This document shows, piece after piece, positions 50,301 to 60,700 of a stretch of 64,000 bases of DNA. The notes under the pieces are model-generated. The model was given only the letters and a program-made list of their open reading frames with translations. It made no database searches and was not told where the DNA came from. Every line of letters begins with the position of its first letter. Within the stretch, counting starts at the first letter, position 1. A program made the translations under genes and the position numbers. Origin of the DNA: Sphaerodactylus townsendi (lineage: Eukaryota); NCBI RefSeq assembly GCF_021028975.2, contig NC_059426.1, positions 67,208,001 to 67,272,000 of the forward strand. Direction: 5' to 3'.

Positions 50301-53300
50301 ACAGTCTATGTCCCCCAAGATGGTGGGAGGTGTGCTCAGAGCAAGGGGAAGACTGCATTCCTTTTGAGGACACCTTGTCTTGTGGCTGCAGCTGGGCCCT
50401 GGCCCTGTCTCTCGCAGTGTACAGTTGTAGTATGATCGTAGGTGCCTGGACCACTGACATCCCAAATGGAAGCCAAGCAGGCAGAGCGTCGTCGAGCACA
50501 CAAGGCCCAACGGAAGCAGCGGGAGAAAGAAGAACGGGAGTCACAGCAGTTGCTGAAGCAAGAAGAGAATGAAAAAAGGTGTTTTGCTCTGTTGAGTGAC
50601 CGTGAAAAGGTGAGGCCCTGATCATTGCATGTGGTTATTGTCTGATAAGGTGTTTCAACAGGCATCAGCTGGGTGCACATGAGATAGTGAGATCCCCCTC
50701 TCTGGCGGCCTTCAAGCAGCTGCTGGATGAACACTTATCAGGGATGCTTTAGGCTGATCCTTCATTGAGCAGGGGTTGGACTAGATCAGTGATGGTGAAC
50801 CTTTTAGAGATCAAGTGCCGGGGCGGAGCGATGGGAAACTGCGCCTGGAGCATGCATGTGCCCTGCATCCTTGCCAAGCCCTCGCCCGCCCCCACCCTGC
50901 CCTGGAATGCCCCTGAATGCCCCGAAACACCCCCACCATGCCCCCGGTATGCCCTCACCACACCCCTGCAGGGGCACACGCCCAGTGCATCATGCACCCC
51001 TCACCCCTTGGCACTATGCCACCGCTGAATGCCCAAACTCGGGCAACGGTGCGTGTGCCCACAAAGAGGGCTCTGAGTGCCACCTCTGGCACACATGTCA
51101 TAGGTTTGCCACCACTGGATTAGATGACCTGTAGGACCCCTTCCAGTTCTATGATCCTTCTCACTTTCAGTATTCACATCTTCTAAAACATGCTAGCGAA
51201 AGCTTTCTAATGTAATTTCTGTGGTGGCTGCTATGTAACACAAAGGCAGCTTCTGTTGGTGTTGTCTACAAAGAAGTTCTGTCCTATTGACTGTGTTTAA
51301 CTGAATGGGCTGTGGCATTTTGCCGATCTGCTAATCACCTGTAATGTGCAATTAGCTCAGGCTAGTTAATTGCCCCTTCTTATGAAGAGCCTTCTAGTCT
51401 TATCCTCTTGTGATAATTAGATCTCAAAACTTCCAATATGTTCCTTGAGTCTGATGGTTAACCGTCCCTTTAGTGTCTTCTGCCAGACATTATTATTGAG
51501 TTTTTGTATTTTTCTATGCCTTTTTATCTGGCTAGACATCTTTTTTTCCTTTAGAAGCTTAAATAAGTTATATGAGGGCATAATATATCTTGCTTATGTT
51601 AGGATGTGCCTTGATCCCAAGAAGGCAAGTCTCTTTTCCTCACAAGACATTCACCTGTTACCAAGGGAAAAGGCCTGTCCTACTTTCAGAGTTTCCCTTG
51701 ACAGCCAAAGCTGTTTGGGCAATGATTCATAACATGAAGTTCAAGGCAGCCTATTTCCTCCCACTCCAGAAAAATGAACACTTGTACTAATCTGGTAATG
51801 TCACCAACCAAGCTGATACTCCAGTAAGTAGAAGTGCCTTCTTTCATCTTCATCTGATATTAAATTGTTGTCCCTGCTAGATTCACTGTCCCAGCCACAC
51901 TGATCCATGTTGTCATAACCTGTAGAGTATCCAAAGGTACCTCAAAAGTTCCCTCTAGCACAGAACATGGCTGGTGCCTTATTATGGGGCACGAATCCGT
52001 CTATAACATTAACTTTAAGGCAGCTCCACTGTTTTCTTCAAGAATAATTTCAAGGACCTTTTAAAGCCACTAACAGCCTAGAGCTACAGGACATGATTGT
52101 CTCATCTACTAGCCATGTGCTAATTACAGTCCTTGCCATTTCTCTTTCCCATCCCTTCTCCCTCTGCACAGCTCATTCTGCCTTGGTTTGTTTCTGGGTC
52201 TTTTTGATTGCTATCAGTATACTGGGAATGGCTCCAAGAGATGGTCTGAAATGTTCATTGCTCGTCTTTGTACACCTTGGAACATTTTCTTTGAGTGGGC
52301 TTTTGTCAAAAGTTGTCACCATGCTGGGTTTTTAAGATTAACTGGCTGCATCTGGAACCTCTGCTCCCATTCTGAAGTGTTGTATCTTAGTGTTGTTTAC
52401 GTGGCATTACAGCCATGTCTGTAATCAGACATGGGCTGAACAGAAAAGTGGTCAATAATTATTGTTAAATAAAGATAATTGAGCCAGTAAAACTCTCACA
52501 TCAGGCTAATTTATTTTGCCTGTTTACATCAATGTTACCATTTTTGTTTCTACCAAGTTTCTTTCCAAGGCAGAACAGAGGCAGAAATTTGCAGGCAGGC
52601 AGAGGGAGCAGAATGTCTTATAAGTGAACTTCTTTCTTGCTTTAAACATTTGATTATTCTAGAGGAAACTGGCTCCTCCCCAGGCCTAGTACCTTTGCCT
52701 TATCAGTGCATTATTTTAGTGAAATGAGTTGTCCAACCCAAAGCACTTCTAAGGAACTCTGGATAGGCCAGTTGTGTTTAGGTTTTGCTTTAAAAGTTGC
52801 AACTAACTTGCTAGTCTGAATGGACAGTAACTCATTTTCCCTGATAATCTGATCTGTATCCAGTAGGCAGAGTCCTTTTGCAGTTTGGGCCTCGGCCAGG
52901 ATCTCCTAAATGAGGCTTGTTTAGGACTGCCTAGAGCAGGGGTCGGGAACCTTTTCCCCTCAAAGAGCCATTTGGCTCCCGCTCCCCCGCCCACTTGCTC
53001 GCTCGCGCCCCCACTGCCCGCTCACACACACACACACACACACCCCCCGCTGCAGGGCAGGCGTAGATGGGCCCGGCGGCTCGGCCTGGCCGGCCGCCGG
53101 GCAAGTGAAGCGCCCGCCCTGCTCCTTGCAGGGCGGGCGAAGAGGGTCCCGGCGGGCGGGCGAAGAGGGTCCCGGCGGCTCGGCCTGGCCAGCCGCCGGG
53201 CGAGTGAAGCGCCCGCCCTGCAAGGAGCAGGGCGGGCGAAGAGGGTCCCGCGGCTCGGCTCATGGAGCCGCAGAACAGCAGCGGAAGAGCCACATGCAGC

Positions 53301-53678
53301 TCACGAGCCGCGGGTTCCCGACCCCTGGCCTAGAGAATGATGTAGCCTCCTCCCCACCCCCTAATTCTGGGCCTTCATTCTAATGTTATTTTGTTCATTC
53401 TCAGCGAGCTTTGGCAGCAGAGAGGAGACTTGCTGCCCAGTTTAAAGACTCCACTGCAACTTTGACGAATACCAGGTACCCTACTAGAGTGTTGTTGTTT
53501 TTCTGACATCATCTGCTAATGTGACAGTATGCTCATATTGCCTTTTGGTATGTGCAGACGCTGCTGGCTGTGTGGCGAGTCACTGCTGGGCCGCGTTCCC
53601 TTCCATTACCTGGACTTTTCCTTCTGCTCAACGAACTGTCTGCAGGCACATCGGCAAGGGAAGACTGTGCATTCTTAA
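35236..53678 (+). CDS. ANKZF1: ANKZF1 (Vms1 orthologue; peptidyl-tRNA cleavage in ribosome quality control); spliced CDS, 15 coding exons, 696 aa
   Basis: join(35236-35350, 37998-38095, 38685-38787, 39223-39425, 40360-40475, 40827-40974, 41908-42130, 42545-42637, 42994-43158, 46706-46804, 48421-48676, 49529-49640, 50442-50609, 53405-53475, 53558-53678) = 2091 nt. Contains a C2H2 finger, VLRF1 domain ([18 protein letters not shown]), ankyrin repeats, VIM (RALAAERRL) and C-terminal zinc finger (RCWLCG...FCSTNC). Confidence 0.95.
35460..36660 (-). mobile_element. Old L2-clade LINE fragment
   Basis: Minus-strand remnant [14 protein letters not shown] near 36600-36635; TTTA-type tail at left. Confidence 0.65.
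36877..37807. mobile_element. Tc1/mariner-superfamily (Tc2/pogo-like) non-autonomous element
   Basis: TIRs ccgtatatactcgcgtataagtcg / cgacttatacatgagtatatacgg; TA TSD. Confidence 0.85.
37998..38095 (+). CDS. ANKZF1: ANKZF1 coding exon 2 (...[20 protein letters not shown])
   Basis: First half of the zinc finger; splice sites. Confidence 0.92.
38685..38787 (+). CDS. ANKZF1: ANKZF1 coding exon 3 ([17 protein letters not shown]...)
   Basis: Second half of the zinc finger; splice sites. Confidence 0.93.
39223..39425 (+). CDS. ANKZF1: ANKZF1 coding exon 4 ([10 protein letters not shown]...[23 protein letters not shown])
   Basis: Homology; probable GC donor. Confidence 0.88.
39649..39788. mobile_element. 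PIF/Harbinger-type fold-back MITE
   Basis: Long imperfect palindrome ggctcattccgcatgggccaaaaacagtggtgtgaaaac...gttttcacaccactgtttttggcccatgcagaatcagcc; 3-bp TTA TSD. Confidence 0.8.
40360..40475 (+). CDS. ANKZF1: ANKZF1 coding exon 5 (...[18 protein letters not shown])
   Basis: VLRF1 GHFAGA motif. Confidence 0.93.
40827..40974 (+). CDS. ANKZF1: ANKZF1 coding exon 6 ([18 protein letters not shown]...LRRHNE)
   Basis: Catalytic-loop Gln present. Confidence 0.95.
41908..42130 (+). CDS. ANKZF1: ANKZF1 coding exon 7 ([10 protein letters not shown]...[16 protein letters not shown]...)
   Basis: Homology and splice sites. Confidence 0.94.
42545..42637 (+). CDS. ANKZF1: ANKZF1 coding exon 8 ([19 protein letters not shown]...)
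   Basis: Phase 1-1, gtgagt donor, weak similarity to human SPQTHWK. Confidence 0.78.
42994..43158 (+). CDS. ANKZF1: ANKZF1 coding exon 9 (...[30 protein letters not shown])
   Basis: Homology to human LELVELTVGTLDLCESEVLPKRRRRK. Confidence 0.9.
44228..44385. mobile_element. hAT MITE (degenerate right TIR)
   Basis: Left TIR cagtggtggcgaacct; TSD gcctagat on both sides; related pieces at 10020-10120 and 11668-11722. Confidence 0.75.
44880..45180 (-). mobile_element. Non-LTR retrotransposon 3' fragment (CCHC zinc knuckle)
   Basis: [23 protein letters not shown] is the typical C-terminal knuckle of LINE ORF2 proteins. Confidence 0.65.
45908..46574. mobile_element. Tc2/pogo-like non-autonomous element with GC-rich hairpin and tandem-repeat cargo
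   Basis: Same TIRs as 36877-37807; TA TSD; different interior. Confidence 0.85.
46706..46804 (+). CDS. ANKZF1: ANKZF1 coding exon 10 (low-conservation linker)
   Basis: Symmetric phase-1 99-nt exon with good splice sites; little homology support. Confidence 0.65.
47330..48255. repeat. Complex interspersed repeat with nested direct and inverted modules
   Basis: Modules ccattgtttccaatggg, aactttggaccccctgaac..aacttcaccaaacctgg and ccccagattctcc occur in both orientations; also present at about 37310-37700. Confidence 0.6.
48421..48676 (+). CDS. ANKZF1: ANKZF1 coding exon 11 (ankyrin repeats)
   Basis: LFTACKTGD...[29 protein letters not shown]. Confidence 0.95.
48878..49045. mobile_element. 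SPIN hAT MITE
   Basis: TIRs cagtggttctcaacct / aggttgagaaccactg; perfect TSD ctttatac. Confidence 0.9.
49529..49640 (+). CDS. ANKZF1: ANKZF1 coding exon 12 ([19 protein letters not shown]...YDYIQAQ)
   Basis: Homology and splice sites. Confidence 0.94.
50442..50609 (+). CDS. ANKZF1: ANKZF1 coding exon 13 ([13 protein letters not shown]...FALLSDREK)
   Basis: Homology; weak acceptor. Confidence 0.9.
50680..51156 (+). mobile_element. CR1 3'-end fragment interrupted by a MITE
   Basis: gcaggggttggactagat[MITE]gacc...ccttccagttctatgat, the CR1 3' terminus. Confidence 0.75.
50787..51117. mobile_element. hAT MITE nested in CR1
   Basis: TIRs cagtgatggtgaacct / aggtttgccaccactg; TSD gactagat / gattagat. 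Confidence 0.88.
52937..53327. mobile_element. Young CpG-rich hAT MITE with internal tandem repeats
   Basis: TIRs caggggtcgggaacc / ggttcccgacccctg; perfect TSD gcctagag. Confidence 0.9.
53405..53475 (+). CDS. ANKZF1: ANKZF1 coding exon 14 ([13 protein letters not shown]..., VIM)
   Basis: Homology and splice sites. Confidence 0.93.
53558..53678 (+). CDS. ANKZF1: ANKZF1 terminal coding exon ([32 protein letters not shown]...*)
   Basis: Homology; TAA at 53676-53678. Confidence 0.94.
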
Positions 53679-54017
53679 CTCAAGTTACAGAAGCTGCCTA
53701 AGAAAACAATCATTCCTCTTTGGAGGCACGTGTTCCTCCATGAGGCATCACGTATGATTCTATTATGAGTCCTTCCTGGAGAGGGAGCATAGGCACCCTT
53801 TATAATATGAAAAAAGTATTATATGAAGGGAGAGCCACTTCTCTCTGTCACCTGCACATGTACTAAAACTGGGATAATTTTCCTACAGATGTACACACTG
53901 TGATCATTTCACTGCAAAGCATGGTTTCTGGAAGAGTGGATCTGTTGCCATGTATTGACTTGGTTCTTTTATAGATCTGATTGGTTTGCACATTGCAAAA
54001 CATGGTTTATGGGGTAC

Positions 54018-54023
54018 AATAAA
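54018..54023 (+). terminator. ANKZF1 polyadenylation signal AATAAA
   Basis: 340 nt after the stop codon, with downstream U/GU-rich tract. Confidence 0.7.
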
Positions 54024-54282
54024 ACTGTAGGCTTTCTTTCCCTTGCGTCCTTAGTGTTCAACTCAGCCAAACTTTGTTGTTCAATGCCAGAACTTACATG
54101 TTGAGCATGTCACCACCTTGCTTTTACCCGAAATTTGTAGCTGCACTTACAACTAGTCCTCTTTGTGTTAATAACATTTTTCACATAGCTTCCCACAGTA
54201 GACCTCAGTCTGTACTTTATGCCTTCATTCTATACATGATGAAGAAAAACTACATCGCAAAGCTCTGCAAGGCTGGTCTATA

Positions 54283-54288
54283 TTTAAT
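54283..54288 (-). terminator. Candidate GLB1L polyadenylation signal ATTAAA
   Basis: First hexamer variant I found downstream of the GLB1L stop on the minus strand. Confidence 0.45.
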
Positions 54289-54573
54289 ATGGGGTCTGAT
54301 ACCCAAAACGCTGAGTAAACTTATGGAACTCATGCTAGCTGGAAGATAAGGAACTGTAGTCCTAGTAATCATAGTCGCCTGGCTTCTGACTTTCATCTTT
54401 TCCCTTCCTCTAAATTAGAAGCTGGCAATTACCGGATAAGCCTTGATCCCAGTCTTTCGTCTGTTCATTTGACGTCAGCATGTGAAAGGGCCTCTTTTTG
54501 TTTCCACTTAAAAGCCACACAAACTGATCTCTCAGAAGAACAGGAGGGTACCACCACTGGCTTGTAATCCCTG

Positions 54574-54792
54574 TTACTCCATGTCCCTAGTGGTAGAGCT
54601 GTGTGTGTAATTAAAAAGGGGTTGGTCGAGGAAAACCACTATAGGTTCCTCTGGAGCTTTCTGCAGTTCCAAAACTGTGATGATGTTGGGGGCTGAAGAA
54701 TTGAGGAGCAAGCCAGGCACAAAGAGAGTTTGCTGGGAACCACGAGCTGGCCAGAAACGACCCAGGTTAAAGCCATTAATCCAGAGCTGGCC
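54574..54792 (-). CDS. GLB1L: GLB1L terminal coding exon
   Basis: [26 protein letters not shown]...ITVLEL...*. Confidence 0.94.
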   Translation of the reverse strand, partial: GQLWINGFNLGRFWPARGSQQTLFVPGLLLNSSAPNIITVLELQKAPEEPIVVFLDQPLFNYTHSSTTRDME

Positions 54793-57700
54793 CTAGGAAA
54801 AAAGACCAAAGATGTTTCAGAAATACTGTCTCTGATTACTCTGACATCCCGAACTACTGTTCTTTAGAGGAAAAAAGTCACTTCCCTGTTGCCGCATAGC
54901 CACATAAGCTAGAAGCTCTGGAGTGGCAAGAGCAACAGCTCTAGCACCACCTCCATTAGCATATTTTCGCCAATCAAGTCTTGTTGATTTGAATGAAATT
55001 TATTCCCTGTTTTATGTGTATGTTAAGTGCCATCAAGTTGCTTTGGACTTGTGGCAACCCAGTGAATCAATGTCCCCCAAACATCCTGTTGTTAACAGCC
55101 TTAACCTGGCGGCCTTGGCTTCTTTTATAGAGCCAATCCATCTCATGTTGGGGCTTTCTTTTTTCCTATTGTTATTGTCTTTTTCAGTGGCTCTTATCTT
55201 CTCATAATGTGAGCAAAGTACGATAGCCTCTGTTTGGTCATTTTAGCTATCAAGTATGCTTAATGGTGCAGACTATGATTCTTGAACTAATACCTCTTCA
55301 GTTCTGAAGCATAGGTGTAATTCTAGGAACTGAATGTACAACAGGGAAACAATCAGTTTGGCAAAGAAGCTATAATGTACAAAGAAGATGTGAAGGAAGT
55401 TCTAACAAGCTGACAAAATAGCATGGCTGTTCAGTAGCAGAATGGTGTAATTCGTAAAATTGGACTCAGTCTAAGGATGACTGTACCTTGGTCCATCCAG
55501 GGAACTTCACAAAAGAGTCCCAGTTGATGCCAGGAGTTGTGAAGGTTCCAGTGTAGAAAGCTGGTCCTGTGTTCCCCTTGCTTCTTGGAGCAACTGGGGG
55601 CCATGCATGTGCCACTGCTGAATCTATGTCCAGGGGATAGATGAACCAGTCCTTGAGAATGGTTGAATCCAGTGTGACATTGTGAATCAAACCCTGGGCA
55701 GGAAGATGGGGGTTGAAAGTTTAGGTTCTGGTTCCCATTACTGACCAATGTTCATCACAGCCTAGGTCAAACTTCCAGCCCACTTCAATTTAAACACACC
55801 CCAACCCAATCCATGTTGCCTCCTCAGAACAGTAACAGGCCCAGTACCACTGTTCAGATGTACCTTAAAATCACTGACATTGGCCCCGAAGTTGATACGG
55901 CCCATGTTCTCCACCAGCAAATCCAGGGTGTCCCCAGCCTGTCCAGTCACCATCACCCCACTCACTTTGTCCCGTTCCAGTGTCCCTTTATATTGCTGAA
56001 GAGGATAGATGAGTGGGATCAGCAAGTAAGCCAGCTGTGGAGCCCTTGCTGAATTACAATCAAAAACCCCCTGCCCTTGTGCAGCCTCTGGCCCATCACA
56101 GAAGGCCACTGTAGGCTGCAGCAAGACTTTGTGATGTGTTCTGCATCCTGCTCTTAACTTCAGCAAGAGACCACTTTCCCTATTCCCTGGAAGGGCCCAT
56201 ACTCTCCCCCTTACTCCATTGAGTAGAATGTAGGCAAGATCGTGGACTCCATTATTAGGGGCACTAAGCAAGACAGGCTCCAGGATGTCATGTGGCAGGA
56301 TGGTTCGGTAAAGGATGAAACCATGGGCCTGAAATAAAGAATGAAAGCCAACCTGAGTTTGGCTTGCAGGCCAAAAACTCAGCTTTGTTTACTTAGCTAT
56401 TTGTGCCCTATGCCTCTCCCTTTAGGGGCACAAAGCAAGTTTTTCATTCTCATCTCCATTTTACCCTTACAATAACTTTATAAAGTAGGTCAGGCTGAGA
56501 GAGAGAGAAAATAGGCCAAGGTCACCCAGTGCAAAGTCAAACCCAGGTCTCCCGGATTCTTGTTCAACACTCAAACCACTGTTTCCTCCACAGCCTCTCT
56601 TACATCTTCTGGTAGAAACAAATGTGGGTCTTTTGCTGTGGCAGGTTTCAGTCCAACTCCTTACCTGACTCATAACCTCAAAGGTCAGTGGGAAGGGAGT
56701 ATGGACAGGCTGGACAGGTGACAGCAGACCTAGAATATCCAGTAGGTTTACACGCTACAGGAAGGAAGAAAATATGTTCTTATTACAATGCAGGATATTC
56801 TTTATACCATTTACAGACATTCCTCTTGTCTTTCCCAGCATTACCCACCTATTCTTTTGAGCTCATCATTCTTCTCTCCTGCCTTATCCATCTGTTCATA
56901 AAGCATCTATTCAGGATAGGATGGGTAGCACACAGATCCTCCACCCATTTCCAGGGGATGGGGGTGGTGATTTCTGCTGATTACCCCTCCCTCTGCAGAC
57001 CACCATTTTTCTAACTATACTGTCCTGAAGGTACATTTGTTCCCAAGAAAGAAATATTGAGGTTTGGATAACTTCCCATATAAATGATAATAGAAGTGCT
57101 TTGTTGGAAAGAGTATGTGGAAGAACAAGGCACACTTGTGAGGGAATGGCTTCCATTGCTGACTTACTTCTGGCAGAGACACGTAGCCGTAAGCGTACTT
57201 TGGGGTAGGGGGTGGCATTGGACCTGCAGGCAGTGTCTGAAACTAGATAAAAAAATGAAGTCCATGTGGTCAGACTGATGGAGGGGAATCAGATGCCTAT
57301 TGCAGCTGATAGTATATCAACTGTCCTGAAACAGACCAAGCTCATTCCATTCATCTATTCTAAGCAACCATGAACAGAAATGACCGGTGTCGCCTAATCT
57401 TCACTGGCAGGGAATTACTGCAGTGAGTATGGTTTGGTCTAAACTGCAAAATGTATATTGAGTTACCAGATGACTAAGGAAAATATGAGTGTTTCAGCAA
57501 TGCTGCAGGCAAATGTTAGTCCTCTTCCAATAAATAGCACTTCCTCCCACCCACTGCCATAAGGATGGTGGACTGTTACCTTTGCAATGACCGTTCGAAT
57601 GGCATGCACCTTGGCAGTAGGGTCTCCAGCTTCTGAGAGGGGTGCATCATAGTCATAGCTAGTTGTGATGGGGTTGAATATCTTCTTGTAATCAGCCCCT

Positions 57701-60700
57701 GGGTGGAAAAGGCTATGAAGACATAGCAGCAGAGGTGGGATCCAGCAGGTTCTCACAGGTTCCCGAGAGTAGGTTACTAATTATTTCTGTGTACCGAGAG
57801 GGGGTTACTAATTGGTGATTTTGCCACGTGATTTTTGCCTTAGTTACGCCCCTCCTCTCAGCAGTAGCGTGCAGAACGTGAAGCAGTCTAGCAGGAGGTG
57901 CACCGGCGTGCTGATGGCAGCCCTGGCGCCTGCGTAAGGCATTCGTTTCCCGCCTCTAAGGATCTCACATGCATGGCGGCTTTGTGTGGTCTTTGGCCAC
58001 AGCCCCGTCCAGGAATGCCCTGCCCCTGGAATGCCCGGCCACGCCCCCAGCGTGCCACGCCCAGCCTCATTGGCGCTACGCCACAGTTTGAATCCGACCA
58101 ACATGGGAACCTGTTACTAAAATTTTTGGATCCCACCACTGCATAGCAGACAACTAGACTTCTTCCTTCCCACTCTGGATTGGTTCCATTCCCTGGCCAG
58201 AAGATAGGCCTCTGTAGTTTTGACAGAAACCCTAAGAGGACCCCAGCTTACCACTCCAGTAACCAAAGTTGGTGCCACCCTGGAACATGTACCTGTAAGA
58301 AGAGGAGATATCACAGTAAAAATTCTATCCCTACAGGGATGTGGAGGAAGGGGCTGGACAAGAGATGGGTGCTAGAGTGTAGCAGAGATAAACCACCTCC
58401 ATAGCTTCTAATGGTTGTGTTCCCCTGCCCAGCAGACCCCTCTTCCCTATAACTTCATGGTTACATGTTGATGTTGGCGCCCATTTTTAGCATCTTCTGT
58501 AAGCCCTTAGCCACCTCTTCAGCACTGCTTGTGGAGTGTGGCTCACCCCAGTAATCCAGCCAGCCTGTGTAGTACTCAGAATTCACCTAGGAGGAAGACA
58601 GAATTAGATATTTACAAGGAAATAGTATCTAGGTCAATTTCAGTGCTTTTGAGGTAAAACTGGGTTGGGATTTAGCAATTCTGCCATCTCCCCTTATTGA
58701 AACTTACTAGCAGAAGACAGGAGCATCTCTTCATCCCATGAATGGCCATGAGAATCTAAGGCTCATTCCGCACATGCAGAATAATGCACTTTCAAACTGC
58801 TTTCAGTGCTCTTTGAAGCTGTGCGGAATGGCAAAATCCACTTGCAAACAGTTGTGAAAGTGGTTTGAAAACGCATTATTTTGCGTGTGCGAAAGGGGCC
58901 TAAGCTTCATAGCTAATTGTAACACAGAAAAATAAACACCTCACAGATGGGTATGCCCCCATTGCGCTGCAAGGCCCCCGGAAATGCTTACAAAATGGAG
59001 TTGGCCCTACTAGCATTCATTCAGGAAGGTAAGATAAACTCACTGCCTATCAGAGACTTTTGGAAGCACTGGTCAAACAGGATTTTCAGTAACATGGTCC
59101 CAGCACCATATAAACAACCTCTAGGGGCAAACAAGGGGTTGGCACTGACGGGTATTGTTGATTTGTGTCCCACGGAGGTGGCAGTCAGGCGTAAAATATC
59201 ACAGGAAAAAAGGCAGGGATTAGCCCAGAAGGGATATGGTCAGATAGTTATTTGATTAAATGGATGCAAAGGGAGAAGCCAGTGTGACTGAAGACATGGG
59301 ACACCATCCTCCCACTTAACAATGGCAGGCCCTCTCACCAGTGGCCCCTTTGGCTCATATTGTCGCTGTAGTTCAAATGCCTGTGTCATGTTAATGCCTG
59401 TGAAAGGGCAGAGAAAGAGAAAGTCAAAGCAGATTCCTGTCTAACTCTTACCAATCCAATCAGAGACTGACCCATTTCCCACTACCTGTTCCAAAGTCCA
59501 CAGTAGCATAGAGGCCCTGTATAGTTCCACACTGGAGGTCACGGTCTTTGAGGCCATCAGTGGTGAAGAGCACAACTTCCTCTCCCAGGTGAGCATGAAA
59601 GGCAGACAGCAGATAGCGGAGATAGTCATAGTCACAGGCATAGTAACTCCCATATTCATTCTCCACCTGCCTGGGAAACAAGAGGCGCTAAAGGCTGGTG
59701 ACTCAGGGATCTTACAGAGCAGATCTCCAATATGCCTTTGCAAATATTACATCAATATTAGTAGTGCCCGGCCTCTGCATCAGGCCATTTCTCTTTTGCA
59801 AAAGAGGGGCAGACAGGCTATTCTTGAAATCCTTTATGTATCTGAAGGATCTTACTGCTAATACTGCCTGTCCTACTTGATAGTGTGGGCCAGGTATAAA
59901 GTAAGAGGTTTCAGGCATGAGAAGGTACCTCCTCAGGCTTTATCTATGGCTCATCCATGCTTTTGTGATGTCTGTTCATAATCACTGTGCCTCCTATGGC
60001 ATGCCAGCAAGAACTGTTCTGCCATGATCCAAATACTAAACACCTTCCAAATGAAACACCATCTTTCTTGGCTTGGTCCCTTCCATAGAAAATACTAGAA
60101 GTGGCAATGGGGTGCTAAGTCTTCTGGTTGCTGCTCACCTGAATGCTGCATGCATGCACAGGCACACACACTCCAGTGCAATTTCCTCAATGTGTGTTTA
60201 TGTAGGTAAGGCCCAGTTTGGTAAAGACCTTATAGTAAGAGCCCATCAGAAGCATAGCAGAAATATGATCCTAAAGCTGGAGACAGCACTGAGCAGGATC
60301 TGCAACCTTCGCACCTGGACACTGATGATGTTGCCTCCATTGTGGTACAGACGAGGTTTGATCTTGGGCAACAGGACATCCAACCACTTGTCTACAGCCT
60401 GCAAAAAATCTGAGAGTACGAAAGGACTTAGCTAAGGACTGTATCTCCCCTATACAATTTCTTACTCAGTGCTAAGTCACAGTTGGAGGCTCAGTTACAC
60501 AGAGAAGAGGAATGGGGTCCTTTGGTCAATTATACAGTATTCACAGGGGAGATCAACAGAGTCCTGGAAACTGAGATAATCTGCCCAGTAACAGGTGTGA
60601 ATAACAGCAATGAATAACAGCAATGAAGACAACAACCCAATTGTCTAGAGAGTGCTGGGGGCACTGTGCTCTTTGGTTAAGGTTATTTTCTTACCTGGGT

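Noticed and set aside
52885-53383. Arg/Ala/Gly-rich ORFs
   Set aside because: By-product of GC-rich tandem repeats inside a MITE.
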